Origin: Nemertoderma westbladi
Lineage: Eukaryota; Animalia; Xenacoelomorpha
Reading direction: 5' to 3'
Assembly (NCBI GenBank): GCA_032718475.1
Contig: JAUCBJ010007613.1
Coordinates: 62,001 to 126,000 of the forward strand
DNA: 64,000 nucleotides
Positions within the stretch are counted from its first letter, which is position 1. The number at the start of each line of letters is the position of its first letter. Positions 38,917 to 51,333 of the stretch are shown here, one piece after another. Both the position numbers and the translations under genes were made by a program. The notes under the pieces are model-generated. The model ran no database searches. It saw nothing but the letters and a program-made list of their open reading frames with translations, and was not told where the DNA came from.

Positions 38917-41900
38917 ATGCCCAAATCAAAGAAGAAAAATTTCCGAATTAATAGAAAGTTGGTCGTTTACAATAATACCCTTACACCTACCAAATTGTCT
39001 GATGGATCGCCCATTACATCCACACCACGCAGGACTACACGCGAACCACAAGATCAAGAAGGTAAGTTTACCTGTTTACTGTTGTGTAGGGTCCGTCTAA
39101 CCGGTAAACACCCAAATCACACCAAATCACAAACCAAATCTGCAAATCACCAATCACAAATCACGGTCCTTCGAACAACGAATTACCGGTACTCAAAAAA
39201 AAAACAAAATTATCCAAAAATACGCAATTTTTTTGGGTAGGCCTACCGGCTGACCGGTAATTCGTATCGTAGGACCCACCAACAGACCAAATCACAAACT
39301 GACAAACCAAACCGCCAAATCACAAAAAATAATCCCAAAAGGGGCCAAAACCAAATCACTCCAAAGTCCAAACCAGATCCAGAGATCACACCGAACAGCC
39401 TTAAATGATAGGCCCTACCAAATCACAACAAATCACACCAAATCACAAAAACAAATTTAAAAGTAAAGGCATGAAAGGAGCAGGTTACAGTTTAGTGTAC
39501 AGTGACAGTGCTGCAGTGCAGCAGTGGTAGCCAGAAGAAACCAAAACAATAAACGATTAGAAAAAAATAAAAATTAGGATTTTTTGTGTGATTTGGCATT
39601 TGGGCTGTTGGGTGTTTGGTGTGATTTGGTCAATTTTGTGTGATTTTGGCTGTTGGGTGTTCAGGCTGTCAGGTCATCAGGTGTTTAGACGGACCGGTCT
39701 GCCGCCCTGCCGGTCTGGTTGTTGCAGTGTTGGTCTGTTGGTTGTGTAAGAAAACATTACCAGATTACAGCATTAATGGCTCTATCCTGTTTGGTACACT
39801 GTGCACTGCCTGACTGCCACTGCACTAGGCGGGTCCGACGAATTTGTACAAAAAAGTACAAAAAAATACAAAATAGTAGGCCTACAAAAGAATACAAAAG
39901 AGTAGGCCTACAATAAAGTGCAAAAATAGTACAAGAGTGCCATAATAGTACAAAAGAGTACAAACGAGTGAGAAACGCTTGCAAAACGTGTAGGCCTATC
40001 CAACTGTAGTTCAAATCGTTTAGAGAGGCGCACATGACAGCATGATGTGCAAATTAAAATAAAGCCTTGTCTGATTGTGGGGCGAACCATGCATTGAGCG
40101 GGGGCTGATCTAGCTGTCTAGCAGTCAGAGAGTACGCCCCTATTACAATACAATCTTATGAGTTTTAATGCAGCCTTTTGTGTTGAAAAAACACAAAAAA
40201 CGGTCCCAAGCCCGCAAAGTTGCAGAGGGAGAACTCAATAAAGTTGCAGATAGAGGCGTACATACAGACATACATAGCCTACATAATGTACAGTAGCATA
40301 CAGTCTATCCTATCCTTCAGTATATGGGCTACTTTAAGACTATGACCTAAATTTTGATTCTCAGTTATAGGAGTTAAATCTACCCACTGCATAGTATTGC
40401 ATTATATTGTATTATACGAACTGTAGCCTGCTATTTCTACTTGTAAGCCAGTCAAAATCTACATGAATCAAAGTCCTGTCAATCATTTCATACTGACCAC
40501 AGAACCAAGGCCGCTAGTCAGCTAGTGATTGACACTGTAGCGGCGCATATTTCGGTCCCGTTGCATTTGCTTACAATTAATTATATTTATATACAAGTGT
40601 AGTGTGTAGTGTAGTGTAGTAGACTACACTGGTATAAACGTTTTGTATGCGTTTCTCACTCGTTTGTACTCTTTTGTACTATTTTTGCACTTTATTGTAG
40701 GCCTACTCTTTTGTACTGTATTGTACTATTTTGTACAGATTGGTCGGACCGCACTAGGCAGCTAGGGCCTACCGCTCTGTTCACAAACCTGTAACCGGTA
40801 GGACTACCGGTCACCAGTAGCGCGGTAGGCCTTTCTTCCAACTAATTTCCACTGATTCAGGCTGTCAGGGTTCCGACTTCCATTAGACCCTAGCCCATTA
40901 GACCCTAGGTTAGGGTTAGAAAAGGTCCAAACTCTAGACAAAAAGTGTCTGAAACCCTACCTGGAACCCTTTGTTAATTTGGGCCCGAAGGGGGAAGGGC
41001 CCAAAATGACAAAAATCTGATTTCAGGGTTCCAACAGCAACAAGGGCTGAAGGATTAGCAGCATGAGGGTTCCAGGTAGGGTTAAGGTTTCAGACCCTTT
41101 TTGTCTAGAGTTTGGACTTGCCGAGTAACAAGTAACTGGAAGTCCGTAAAAAATGGCGCCCCAGGCTGCAGCTGCAGGGCGCCTGCTGCCTGCAGTATAC
41201 CAAACATGATATACCCGCATTACAGCATTACCTACCGGTTACGACACTGCGACAGCCTAACAAATCTGCCACATTCATGTGTAGGGCCTACTCTTTACTC
41301 TACATTTTCTCAGTTATCCGTTTAATTTAGTATAGCCTAGGCCTACTCATTGGACAGTCTGAGTAGGAGGCGTAGGCCTATGGTACCAAAGGCCAATGGT
41401 ACCAAACCAATACCGAATTTTTTTTCATATAGGTGTTTGTATTTGAGTTAAAAATATTTTTTTGTAAAATTTATTTTATCAGCATAAGAAGCGTTACATA
41501 AAGAAGTCCCATGCCAAATTTCAGTCAATTAGGCCTACCTCTTTTCGTTCTCACACACTAACACAAAAACCAAGTTAAAATCTTAATTAAAATCTTAATT
41601 AATTAGGTTTGGTTGGTGCTTGTAGGATAGTCTAATTATGTAGCCTAATTAATTTTACTAATTATAGATTAGACCTACCTGTATTACTAGTTCGGTAGGC
41701 TACCATGCAGCCATGGAAGCACCAGACTTAAGTATCCACCAGACTTAAATGAAATTATCCAGTATTGGCATTGATACGATTTTGTTGCCTGTCTCATAAA
41801 CTTTAATATATACAGGCCCTATATACTCTCCTTTGCCTCAATTTCTAATTGGAACCCCTCTAATGCCCAGTTATCAGGGCCTCTCACTCATTAATTATTG

Positions 41901-43504
41901 TTTCTTTATTTTACACTATAGAATCAAATATGCAAAGGGATGTTGACGAAGAATGTTATTTGCATGAAGCTGAAATTATCCTTGAACCAATTGAAAGTGT
42001 TAGACCTATAGTAGAGAGTGCAAGTGAGAGTGACACTGAAACTGTTGCTTATCAAGTACCGGTCCAAGAAGCATTGAAACCTTCAACATGTGACATGTTT
42101 GGAGATATGCTTGATTTTGATTCGTCTGATAGCGATGACCCCGATTACATTCCCGATGACAGTTCCACCGATTCGGAAGACACTGAATTTGATGTCGTTT
42201 CAGATATTGACATTGCAATGTTGAGTGATGGTTGCTCTCCATTCGATCTTATTTCTCCTTATTTTGGAGCATCATCCGAGCAGAATAGTGATGAGGATGA
42301 CCCCGATTACATTCCCGATGACAGTTCCACCGATTCGGAAGACAATGAATATGATTTCGTTTCAGATGTCGACATATCTACCGGTATGTTGTCTGATGGT
42401 TTCACTCCATCATGTGAACCTCACCTTCTCCCTGATTTCTTCACTAGATTTGACCACAATCGCGATGACCCCGATTACATTCTAACTAACAGTGAGTGTT
42501 CCATGGATTCGGGGGGAAGTGACAATAATTATGTTCCCTCCGAATCAGACTGTCATTCGGAATCTCCCAAGGGTAGTAGCTCTAGTTCTAAAAAGAAAGC
42601 TCGCTCGACATGCCTCATTTGTAAAAGAAAAGTGCAGAGTCGTAACATATCTCAGCATATGAAGCGAGTTCATCATATAAAGGGGAAGAAAGCTCTTGGT
42701 TACTCGAGGGTGATGTCTCGCAAGAGGCGTGGTAAATACAAACGCAAGGAATCTGTTTGTTCCTTGTGTAATGCCGTTGTTGAGCGGCTAGCAAATCATC
42801 TAACGAATAAACATAAACTCCCCGTCTTCATTATTGATTCTTATGGTAATAAAATCAAAAATACAGAACGTCAAGATGTTCTGAAAGATTCCCACAGATT
42901 TAACTTTAACGATGTACAGCAAATTTTAGTCGAAGCTGAACCTGAAGTCAAAGTTCCTTTGTTGGATGAATTTCGTGTATATTTGAGTAATAAGCGGCAT
43001 GGGTTCAAATCCCGGGATGTTGAATTCATAATTGGGCTCGTCACTCATTTTTTTAGGCTCATGTCTAAAGGCATTGATAGTGCTGAAAGGTTAAGTGTTA
43101 CCCATATGTTCAATGCAGATCTTCTTGAGACCACTTTCGATCGACTAACAGAGGAAGTAGTACGTGGGGGTAAAGTTCGGGAAGTGACTTCATTATCTGT
43201 GTATGCACAGAAACTCCTTCTCTGGGAGCGCTTTGCTAGTCGTTATTACCGCCGGTTGAATATTCAAGGAGATGACATAGCTCAGGAAACTATTATCCTC
43301 TGTAAAACCGTATTCGAAGAGATCCAACGGTCTTTAAGGCGAGGAGTTCGGGTCCAACATGCTGTGAGACTTCAAGAGGCAACTGCTAATATGCCGACTA
43401 AGGAGGAACTAGGATCTTTCTTCAATTCAGAGATCGTGAGTGAAATTAAAAGCGCGATAAAACAACCGTTTATTATTTTGGTTCCCCATTATTTTGGTAT
43501 GTAA
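38917..43504 (+). CDS. Element-B YR gene, N-terminal half (exons 38917-39061 and 41922-~43466): acidic repeats, 2 C2H2 fingers and pre-catalytic region; truncated
   Basis: Phase-1 intron G|gtaagt...ctatag|AA joins in frame. Fingers CLICKRKVQSRNISQHMKRVH and CSLCNAVVERLANHLTNKH. ATANMPTKEE is homologous to element A ATETMPTAEE. Homology stops at 43466. Confidence 0.8.
39090..39695. mobile_element. MITE-like element
   Basis: GGTCCGTCTAA / TTAGACGGACC termini; subterminal caaatcac repeats inverted between the two halves. Confidence 0.6.
39825..40757. mobile_element. MITE-like element with long (~120-160 bp) imperfect TIRs
   Basis: ggtccgac...tacaaaagagtacaaacgagtgagaaacgc is inverted at 40637-40757. 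Confidence 0.7.
40925..41117. mobile_element. Small foldback/MITE
   Basis: gtccaaactctagacaaaaag..tctgaaacc..cctacctggaaccct is inverted at the other end. Confidence 0.7.
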
Positions 43505-43585
43505 ACCTGTTCCCTTTACCAACATGCTTGATATACTGTAATAATGTAAAGGTCTACTGTAGTGTACTTACTGTGTGTAACTATA

Positions 43586-43793
43586 ACTGTAGGCTAGGTG
43601 AGATAAATAATGACAACATAAAACTACTGTATTAACTTAAGGAACTACAGTATGTAGGCATACTTATAGTATGTAGGCATCCCCCCCCCCCCCCCCCCCA
43701 CCCGTAGTTTTAGCCCCTGTACAGTAGTACTCATTTCCCAAAGTTATTACAGTAGTTTTATGTTGTCATTATTTATCTCACCTGGCCTACAGT
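43586..43793. mobile_element. Small foldback/MITE with ~53-bp arms
   Basis: actgtaggctaggtgagataaataatgacaacataaaactactgta is inverted at 43741-43793. Confidence 0.75.
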
Positions 43794-45739
43794 ACAGTAC
43801 CAATACATATTATAAAGCATGTGGCATTGTTATTAAATTGTTCGTGTGTATGGTGATATTTTCACACAGTTTCTTAGGCCTCCAGGTCGAATTTGTTTAA
43901 TTCACTATAAAACGCCACTAAAAAGTCTACTGATATACTGTACAGTACCAGTTAATTAACGGTAACTGCTACAGTAGGCCCTACACTTATTAATGGTAAA
44001 AAAATCTTACAGACAAAATACATCAAATGCATACATTTTATGAGATGTATCAACATAATTTCAATGATTTTTTTACTTTATTCTAGAATATTAATTCGCT
44101 TTTTTTTCCGATAATAAGTAATAAAATATATATAAAATAATAATAAAAATATATATAATAATAAAATAATATAATATAATAATAAAATAATATAATATAA
44201 TAATAAAATAATGCAGTATAATAATAAAATATCATAAAAAATAATAAACCATCAATAATAATTAATAAGATTGATTAAATTAATTAAAAGCTTGAAATTA
44301 ATATTCTAGATAATAAAATCATCAGAACTATAACGATTTACGTCTGAAATTGCGTGCTCTTGAATTATATCTGAACATTTTTTTTGGGGAAATTGAAAAT
44401 GGCTTTCATATTCGATTCGGAATATCAAGTATATTTAAAAAAAAATAAAATAAAATTGACACGTTTTAACAGTTGTAAACTGTTAGTTAAATCTATGTAA
44501 ACTGTAGCGAAATAATAAAAAAAATAAAAATCCTGCGTTAAACATTCGTATAACATTCGTAAAACATTCGTAACGCATTCGTATAGCGTGGGAAACATTC
44601 GTATATAACATGCGGATATAGCATTCGTATAGTGTGCGGGAAACATTCGTATAAGATTAGGGACGCATTCGTAGAATGTGCGGGATTCGAATAAGGTTCG
44701 TATAACATTCGATATGCGAATAAAGGATGCGTATTTGGTTCGGTTTTCGCATTCGTATCGCATGGTTCATCTATGTAACATTTCAGAATTCGTTACGAAT
44801 GCGTGAAATATGCGCCATCCCATGCGTTACGCATGCGGAGTTTTTTTACTGGGAATTAAAGCCAACACCTATACAATTAGTGCAGGCCCAATTATCGTCG
44901 AATGATCATAAATGCAACTGAAATAAGTTTCAGATATATTTGTACAAATTTTTGGTGTGGCCAAAGTAACCCCGTTGTCCGCCATGGGCACCTGGGTTAC
45001 TTTGTCCAGTGAAAAAATCAATTGAAAATATAACATTTTGAAAATTTTAAATGTTCTATGTGGTGACCTGTTATTTAAGTATATCCACATGCTAGCTGTA
45101 CATTACGTAATAGTCCATGTATATCATATTTCAATCAAAGATTGAAAGTTTTTTTTGCATTGTAATTAAGAAATAATTTAGTTTTAAAAATTATAACTGC
45201 TAAAACTTTTTTAATCTTCCATAACCTATAGAAGTGATGGCTATATAAGTAAGCTCTCCAGTCATGCTGGATATGGCATCAACATGTACATAGTTATTTT
45301 AGAATTGAAAAGAAAAACTCGTTTTTTTCAATTGGCCAAAGTAACCCAGGTGGCCAAAATATCCTATGTTTATGGTACTGGACTCGTGTAGCGCGAAGGC
45401 CAAACGAAAATTTTCAAGTATTGGAACTATCGGTACTGCCCTACAGTACCTATCTTTTCAGCTTTTACTGCTTCACTACAGCGCTAGACTTTTGCTTGTC
45501 TGTCTCTGTCATGTTGTAGGCCTATATCGTAGTACAAGTACCAGTAGAGTACCGTTACCGTAAGCTGGTAAGCAGTACAGGGTACACCAGTAGTCCTACA
45601 GAAGTAAGCTACTTCTGATCTTTCGGTGTTTGAATTGCCTCTTTGTTAAATTTGCGATTCCAGGATTCCGACACCCCAGCATAGGCCAGTACAGCAGTAG
45701 GCCTGCAGACCCACCCCACCAGTGCAGCAGTTCAGCAGA

Positions 45740-47224
45740 ATTATCCTCTGTAAAACCGTAGGCCCTATTATTCGAAGAGATCCAACGGTCTTTAAGACGA
45801 GGAATCCGGGTCCAACATGCTGTGAGACTTCAAGAGGCAACTGCTAATATGCCGACTAAGGAGGAACTAGGATCTTTCTTCAGTTCAGCGATCGTGAGTG
45901 AAATTAAAAGCGCGATAAAACAACTTGACGATCCAAAGATCAATCCAACTGATGTGCCACTTTGGCAAATGCAAAGCCTGCTGTTATGTGAGCTAATTTT
46001 GAAACCATCGATTAGACCTGGAGGTGTATTGAATATGACACTAGATGATGTTACAAAGAGGTGCACTGAGGGAGAGTTTGTAATAATTACTGTACAGGAC
46101 CACAAAACAAACGGTATTTACGGACCATTGAAAGTTGTCATGTCTGCAGAAGTGTATGGACTTCTTAAGAGGTGGATATATTTCGGAAGAAGCCAATATG
46201 CTAAAGAAAACTTGTCTGTTCCAAATGTTTTTACAAACACTCAAGGCCATCAACTTGCAGTTGTGGCACCAAAGCTTCAAGCTCTCTGGTTGGCTGTACT
46301 TCCCGATTCGACAAGTACAATAACACCTACAGAAGTCCGGCATGTGGTTTCAACTCTCAACCAGCAGGAGACAACTACGTATTCTGATCAAAACCTTGTG
46401 TGCAGGTAAGAACAGTTCCTTGATTATTATAGTTAGTATTATTATACAGTACCGGCATTCTCTTTTTTTTTTATATATATAGGTATAAGGTTCTTTGATT
46501 TAGGGGATCAGTTGTTTTAAATTGATGCAATATCTATGCTAGATACCGGTATATAACAATTCAATGTAACTTATTTCCAATATTAATTCTAAATAAAGTT
46601 CTAAAAGTTTATATTTAGGATCAAGCTTTCAGCCCTGAATAGGGGTATTCTTCAGTAAAGCGGGATTACAGCGCAACACACACGAAACTGGTGCTTAAAT
46701 ATCTCATAATTTGCGGGTTCTTGTCACATTTATTTTATTATTCATTCATATTTATTATTATTATTAAAATGGTATTCTTTAATAATGACTTTATTAATAT
46801 ACTTCAATATTATTAAACAGGTTAGGTTAAGGAATAGGATGTCCTGTCCATGTCCAAACCCTAGACTAAAAGTATCCTAAACCCAAACCTATAAAACGAG
46901 ATATATCTGTTCTAAAACTTACCAGGTTCAGATTGACCTACATAACAAAACCTTTCATGCGGTCTCCTTTACCAACAGCCGGTTGTTACAGGCTGTTTTA
47001 GATAGAATTTGATGGAATGTTTATTGCATGATAAGAATGAAATAGTGGAATAATAATATTTACTCAAAATTTTTAATTTGACATCGTTGTTTTATAGGGC
47101 AATGGGGCATTCGATGACGACTCAACGATCTGCTTATGAAGCTTCGTTGTCCAACACTAGAGCTGCTGATGCGTACCGCATCATTGGAGGATTGATTAAT
47201 CTACGGAATAAGAACACTGAATAG
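45740..47224 (+). CDS. Element-B YR gene, catalytic half (exons ~45849-46405 and 47098-47224)
   Basis: SIRPG, HKTNGIYGP and EVRH. Phase-2 intron AG|gtaag...ttatag|G gives RAMGHSMTTQRSAYEAS...NKNTE*, which supplies the catalytic H and Y. First in-frame ATG at 45849. Confidence 0.85.
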
Positions 47225-47876
47225 CCTGAAGTTACCTCAGCTTGACTGATATATAATTAAAATATATTATATTTTAATTAAATATTTTAACTCAAATTAT
47301 ACCGTTACTTCGGTAACAACTCTAATTGTTACTAATGTTTCTATTGAAACTACTAATAACTTTTATTAATTCCGTAAACTCCTTTTAGTAATCATTGTTA
47401 TATTCATGGAATACCTATTAGTAACTTTGTACTTGTTTCACCAATTTTTAGTGGTGGTATACTTTTATGTCCATTAAAAATCTATATTATACCGTTAAAA
47501 CAATATACAGTAGGCTATACTTAAATGTAAATAAATTTTATGATTTTTCAATTCCTAACTTCAAATTGTGCTAAATTCCATATATTTATTTAAAACATTA
47601 CATTGTGCATCTAATATTCTGAATTGTTCTAAAATTCATATTTTTTATTTCGTTTCATCTTTATAATTATTACCTTACCTATTATTGTGCTATATATATT
47701 CAGAATTGTGCTAAATTCCTTATTTATATTTGTCCGTATCTGTCTCTGATGTCCTACAACACACACACACACAGTTTGTCGAGATGCAATAATAAGTAAA
47801 TTACATTATTAACTACGGTATAATTAACATTTTTTATTTTTGGCTCCTAATAGTCGTATTATGAATTTTAATACCT

Positions 47877-49840
47877 ATAGTCAGTTGTTTTAGCTTTTAG
47901 ATACTCAGTTAAATATAGTCAGTTGTTTTAGCTTTTAGATACTCAGTTAAATATAGTCAGTTGTTTTAGCTTTTAGATACTCAGTTGTTCAATATAGTCA
48001 GTTGTTTTAGCTTTTAGATACTCAGTTGTTCAATATAGTCAGTTGTTTTAGCTTTTAGATACTCAGTTGTTCAATATAGTCAGTTGTTTTAGCTTTTAGA
48101 TACTCAGTTAAATATAGTCAGTTGTTTTAGCTTTTAGATACTCAGTTAAATATAGTCAGTTGTTTTAGCTTTTAGATACTCAGTTGTTCAATATAGTCAG
48201 TTGTTTTAGCTTTTAGATACTCAGTTAAATATAGTCAGTTGTTTTAGCTTTTAGATACTCAGTTAAATATAGTCAGTTGTTTTAGCTTTTAGATACTCAG
48301 TTGTTCAATATAGTCAGTTGTTTTAGCTTTTAGATACTCAGTTAAATATAGTCAGTTGTTTTAGCTTTTAGATACTCAGTTGTTCAATATAGTCAGTTGT
48401 TTTAGCTTTTAGATACTCAGTTAAATATAGTCAGTTGTTTTAGCTTTTAGATACTCAGTTAAATATAGTCAGTTGTTTTAGCTTTTAGATACTCAGTTGT
48501 TCAATATAGTCAGTTGTTTTAGCTTTTAGATACTCAGTTAAATATAGTCAGTTGTTTTAGCTTTTAGATACTCAGTTGTTCAATATAGTCAGTTGTTTTA
48601 GCTTTTAGATACTCAGTTAAATATAGTCAGTTGTTTTAGCTTTTAGATACTCAGTTAAATATAGTCAGTTGTTTTAGCTTTTAGATACTCAGTTAAATAT
48701 AGTCAGTTGTTTTAGCTTTTAGATACTCAGTTAAATATAGTCAGTTGTTTTAGCTTTTAGATACTCAGTTGTTCAATATAGTCAGTTGTTTTAGCTTTTA
48801 GATACTCAGTTAAATATAGTCAGTTGTTTTAGCTTTTAGATACTCAGTTAAATATAGTCAGTTGTTTTAGCTTTTAGATACTCAGTTGTTCAATATAGTC
48901 AGTTGTTTTAGCTTTTAGATACTCAGTTGTTCAATATAGTCAGTTGTTTTAGCTTTTAGATACTCAGTTAAATATAGTCAGTTGTTTTAGCTTTTAGATA
49001 CTCAGTTGTTCAATATAGTCAGTTGTTTTAGCTTTTAGATACTCAGTTAAATATAGTCAGTTGTTTTAGCTTTTAGATACTCAGTTAAATATAGTCAGTT
49101 GTTTTAGCTTTTAGATACTCAGTTGTTCAATATAGTCAGTTGTTTTAGCTTTTAGATACTCAGTTAAATATAGTCAGTTGTTTTAGCTTTTAGATACTCA
49201 GTTGTTCAATATAGTCAGTTGTTTTAGCTTTTAGATACTCAGTTAAATATAGTCAGTTGTTTTAGCTTTTAGATACTCAGTTAAATATAGTCAGTTGTTT
49301 TAGCTTTTAGATACTCAGTTAAATATAGTCAGTTGTTTTAGCTTTTAGATACTCAGTTAAATATAGTCAGTTGTTTTAGCTTTTAGATACTCAGTTGTTC
49401 AATATAGTCAGTTGTTTTAGCTTTTAGATACTCAGTTAAATATAGTCAGTTGTTTTAGCTTTTAGATACTCAGTTAAATATAGTCAGTTGTTTTAGCTTT
49501 TAGATACTCAGTTGTTCAATATAGTCAGTTGTTTTAGCTTTTAGATACTCAGTTAAATATAGTCAGTTGTTTTAGCTTTTAGATACTCAGTTGTTCAATA
49601 TAGTCAGTTGTTTTAGCTTTTAGATACTCAGTTAAATATAGTCAGTTGTTTTAGCTTTTAGATACTCAGTTAAATATAGTCAGTTGTTTTAGCTTTTAGA
49701 TACTCAGTTGTTCAATATAGTCAGTTGTTTTAGCTTTTAGATACTCAGTTAAATATAGTCAGTTGTTTTAGCTTTTAGATACTCAGTTGTTCAATATAGT
49801 CAGTTGTTTTAGCTTTTAGATACTCAGTTGTTCAATACTC
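47877..49840. repeat. 38/41-bp minisatellite, ~50 units of two length variants
   Basis: atatagtcagttgttttagcttttagatactcagtt followed by aa or gttca. Confidence 0.97.
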
Positions 49841-51080
49841 TGTTTAATATATACTCCGTTGTTCAATACTCCGTTTTATATGCGGGTCTCGGTCTACGGT
49901 TAAGCGGTTCGGTTGGTGAATGCTGGGTGAACCTAGCTTTTGTTAGCTTTGAATGCTAACAAGTCCATCAACCTTTGTATCAATAAATTAAATAAATAAC
50001 TAAATAGAAAATAATATTTACAATAAACAAGAAAGTTCTAAGATTTAGTTCTATAGAATTAACCACATGACACCCCCTCCCCCCCCCCCCCCCCCCCCCA
50101 AGTGCAAAAACAGCAGTTTTGTCACAAATTTATATCTAGACCCTCTTCCTCATTAATCGTGATGACATTTATAAATCTATAAATATTTATAAAAATATCT
50201 TGCCATCGTAAATTGGTGGCCTATTTAGTTCTCTAGCATTGTCCACATGACACCACCACCACCACCCCAGTAATAATTAGAACCAGTCATTCGATTCATC
50301 TGATATTTGGTAGGAGTGGTAAGTCTCGTGCTGCGCGAATACTCCAGCCCGTATGTGCAAGATAAGGTTGATATCGACTTCGACTAATACCGCTAATTAA
50401 TATTTTTTTCAGTTAATTTGATTAGGTACTAATCAATTTGGATTGAAATCGGGCCATTTTAATCAATGTATATTTATGGCCCTAATGTTGTTAATCTCAT
50501 TCTTTATGATAGTAAAAATGGCCCCTTCTTCGGGTCATTTTATTTAATAAATCAATTTTGAAACAAGTGGGCCACTCAAATTCTCAGCTCAGTTTATTTG
50601 TAGGATCAAATTGGATTCAAAAGGGCCACTGTATAATGGCCCTAATGTTATTTATCTCATTTTCAGTTCGGCCCGTTTCCTTCTCAACTAATTTGATAAA
50701 TTTCATATGAAGTCACATCAAATAGGGCCTGTTATGGCCCTTTCTTTCTTCACTATATAGTAAGCTCAGTTCGGGCCAATGATATATTATTCCAGACAGT
50801 AAGAGGGCCAATTTTGGCAAATTTTGGCCCTTTTGACTTTTTTGGCCCTAATTCCATTTTATACATTTTGGTAAGTGGCCCGAAAATTGTGTTTTCATTT
50901 AGTAATAAAATGAAGGTGCATAACTTTTTAGAGGAAGGATATACACAAAGGGCCATCCAAGCCCGTTTGCGGTTTCGGGCTAAAGGGCCAAAAAGGGGCT
51001 AAAGGGCCACTTTTTAATACCCCCCAAGTCGCAATAGGGCCACTTTTGATATACAAAAGTGGCCCTTCAGCCCGAACGTA

Positions 51081-51120
51081 TATCTATATATATATATATT
51101 GTATATGTATTATATATATT
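51081..51120. repeat. (TA)n-rich right flank of element B
   Basis: Direct reading. Confidence 0.9.
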
Positions 51121-51333
51121 ATTTCTCACAACAATAATATGCTATAAAGCAAAATAAAAACCAATATCTTACAAAAAGAAAATTATTTTTTTACAAATTT
51201 TCGACTCGACATGAGTCTTATTCATGTATTTATTTCCATAAATATGATTACTGTACATTCTAGTAAATATTGTTGCCTAGGTTATTATAAATGTATATAA
51301 TTGAATTTCTTATTATTCAATGTGAGATATTAA

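Larger units (their letters stand above)
32662..51080 (+). mobile_element. Element B: 18.4-kb tyrosine-recombinase DNA transposon (CryptonV-like) in (TA)n
   Basis: Left end TACGTTCTGCCTAAAGGGCCA versus reverse complement of right end TACGTTCGGGCTGAAGGGCCA (18/21). (TA)n on both sides; GGCC-rich subtermini; YR gene inside. Confidence 0.8.

Noticed and set aside
47877-49840. CRISPR-like array
   Set aside because: Head-to-tail repeats without spacers.
19779-51080. DIRS/Ngaro retrotransposon or prophage as the source of the YR genes
   Set aside because: No RT/RNase H or phage genes inside; the genes have spliceosomal introns and the elements have short inverted ends in (TA)n.
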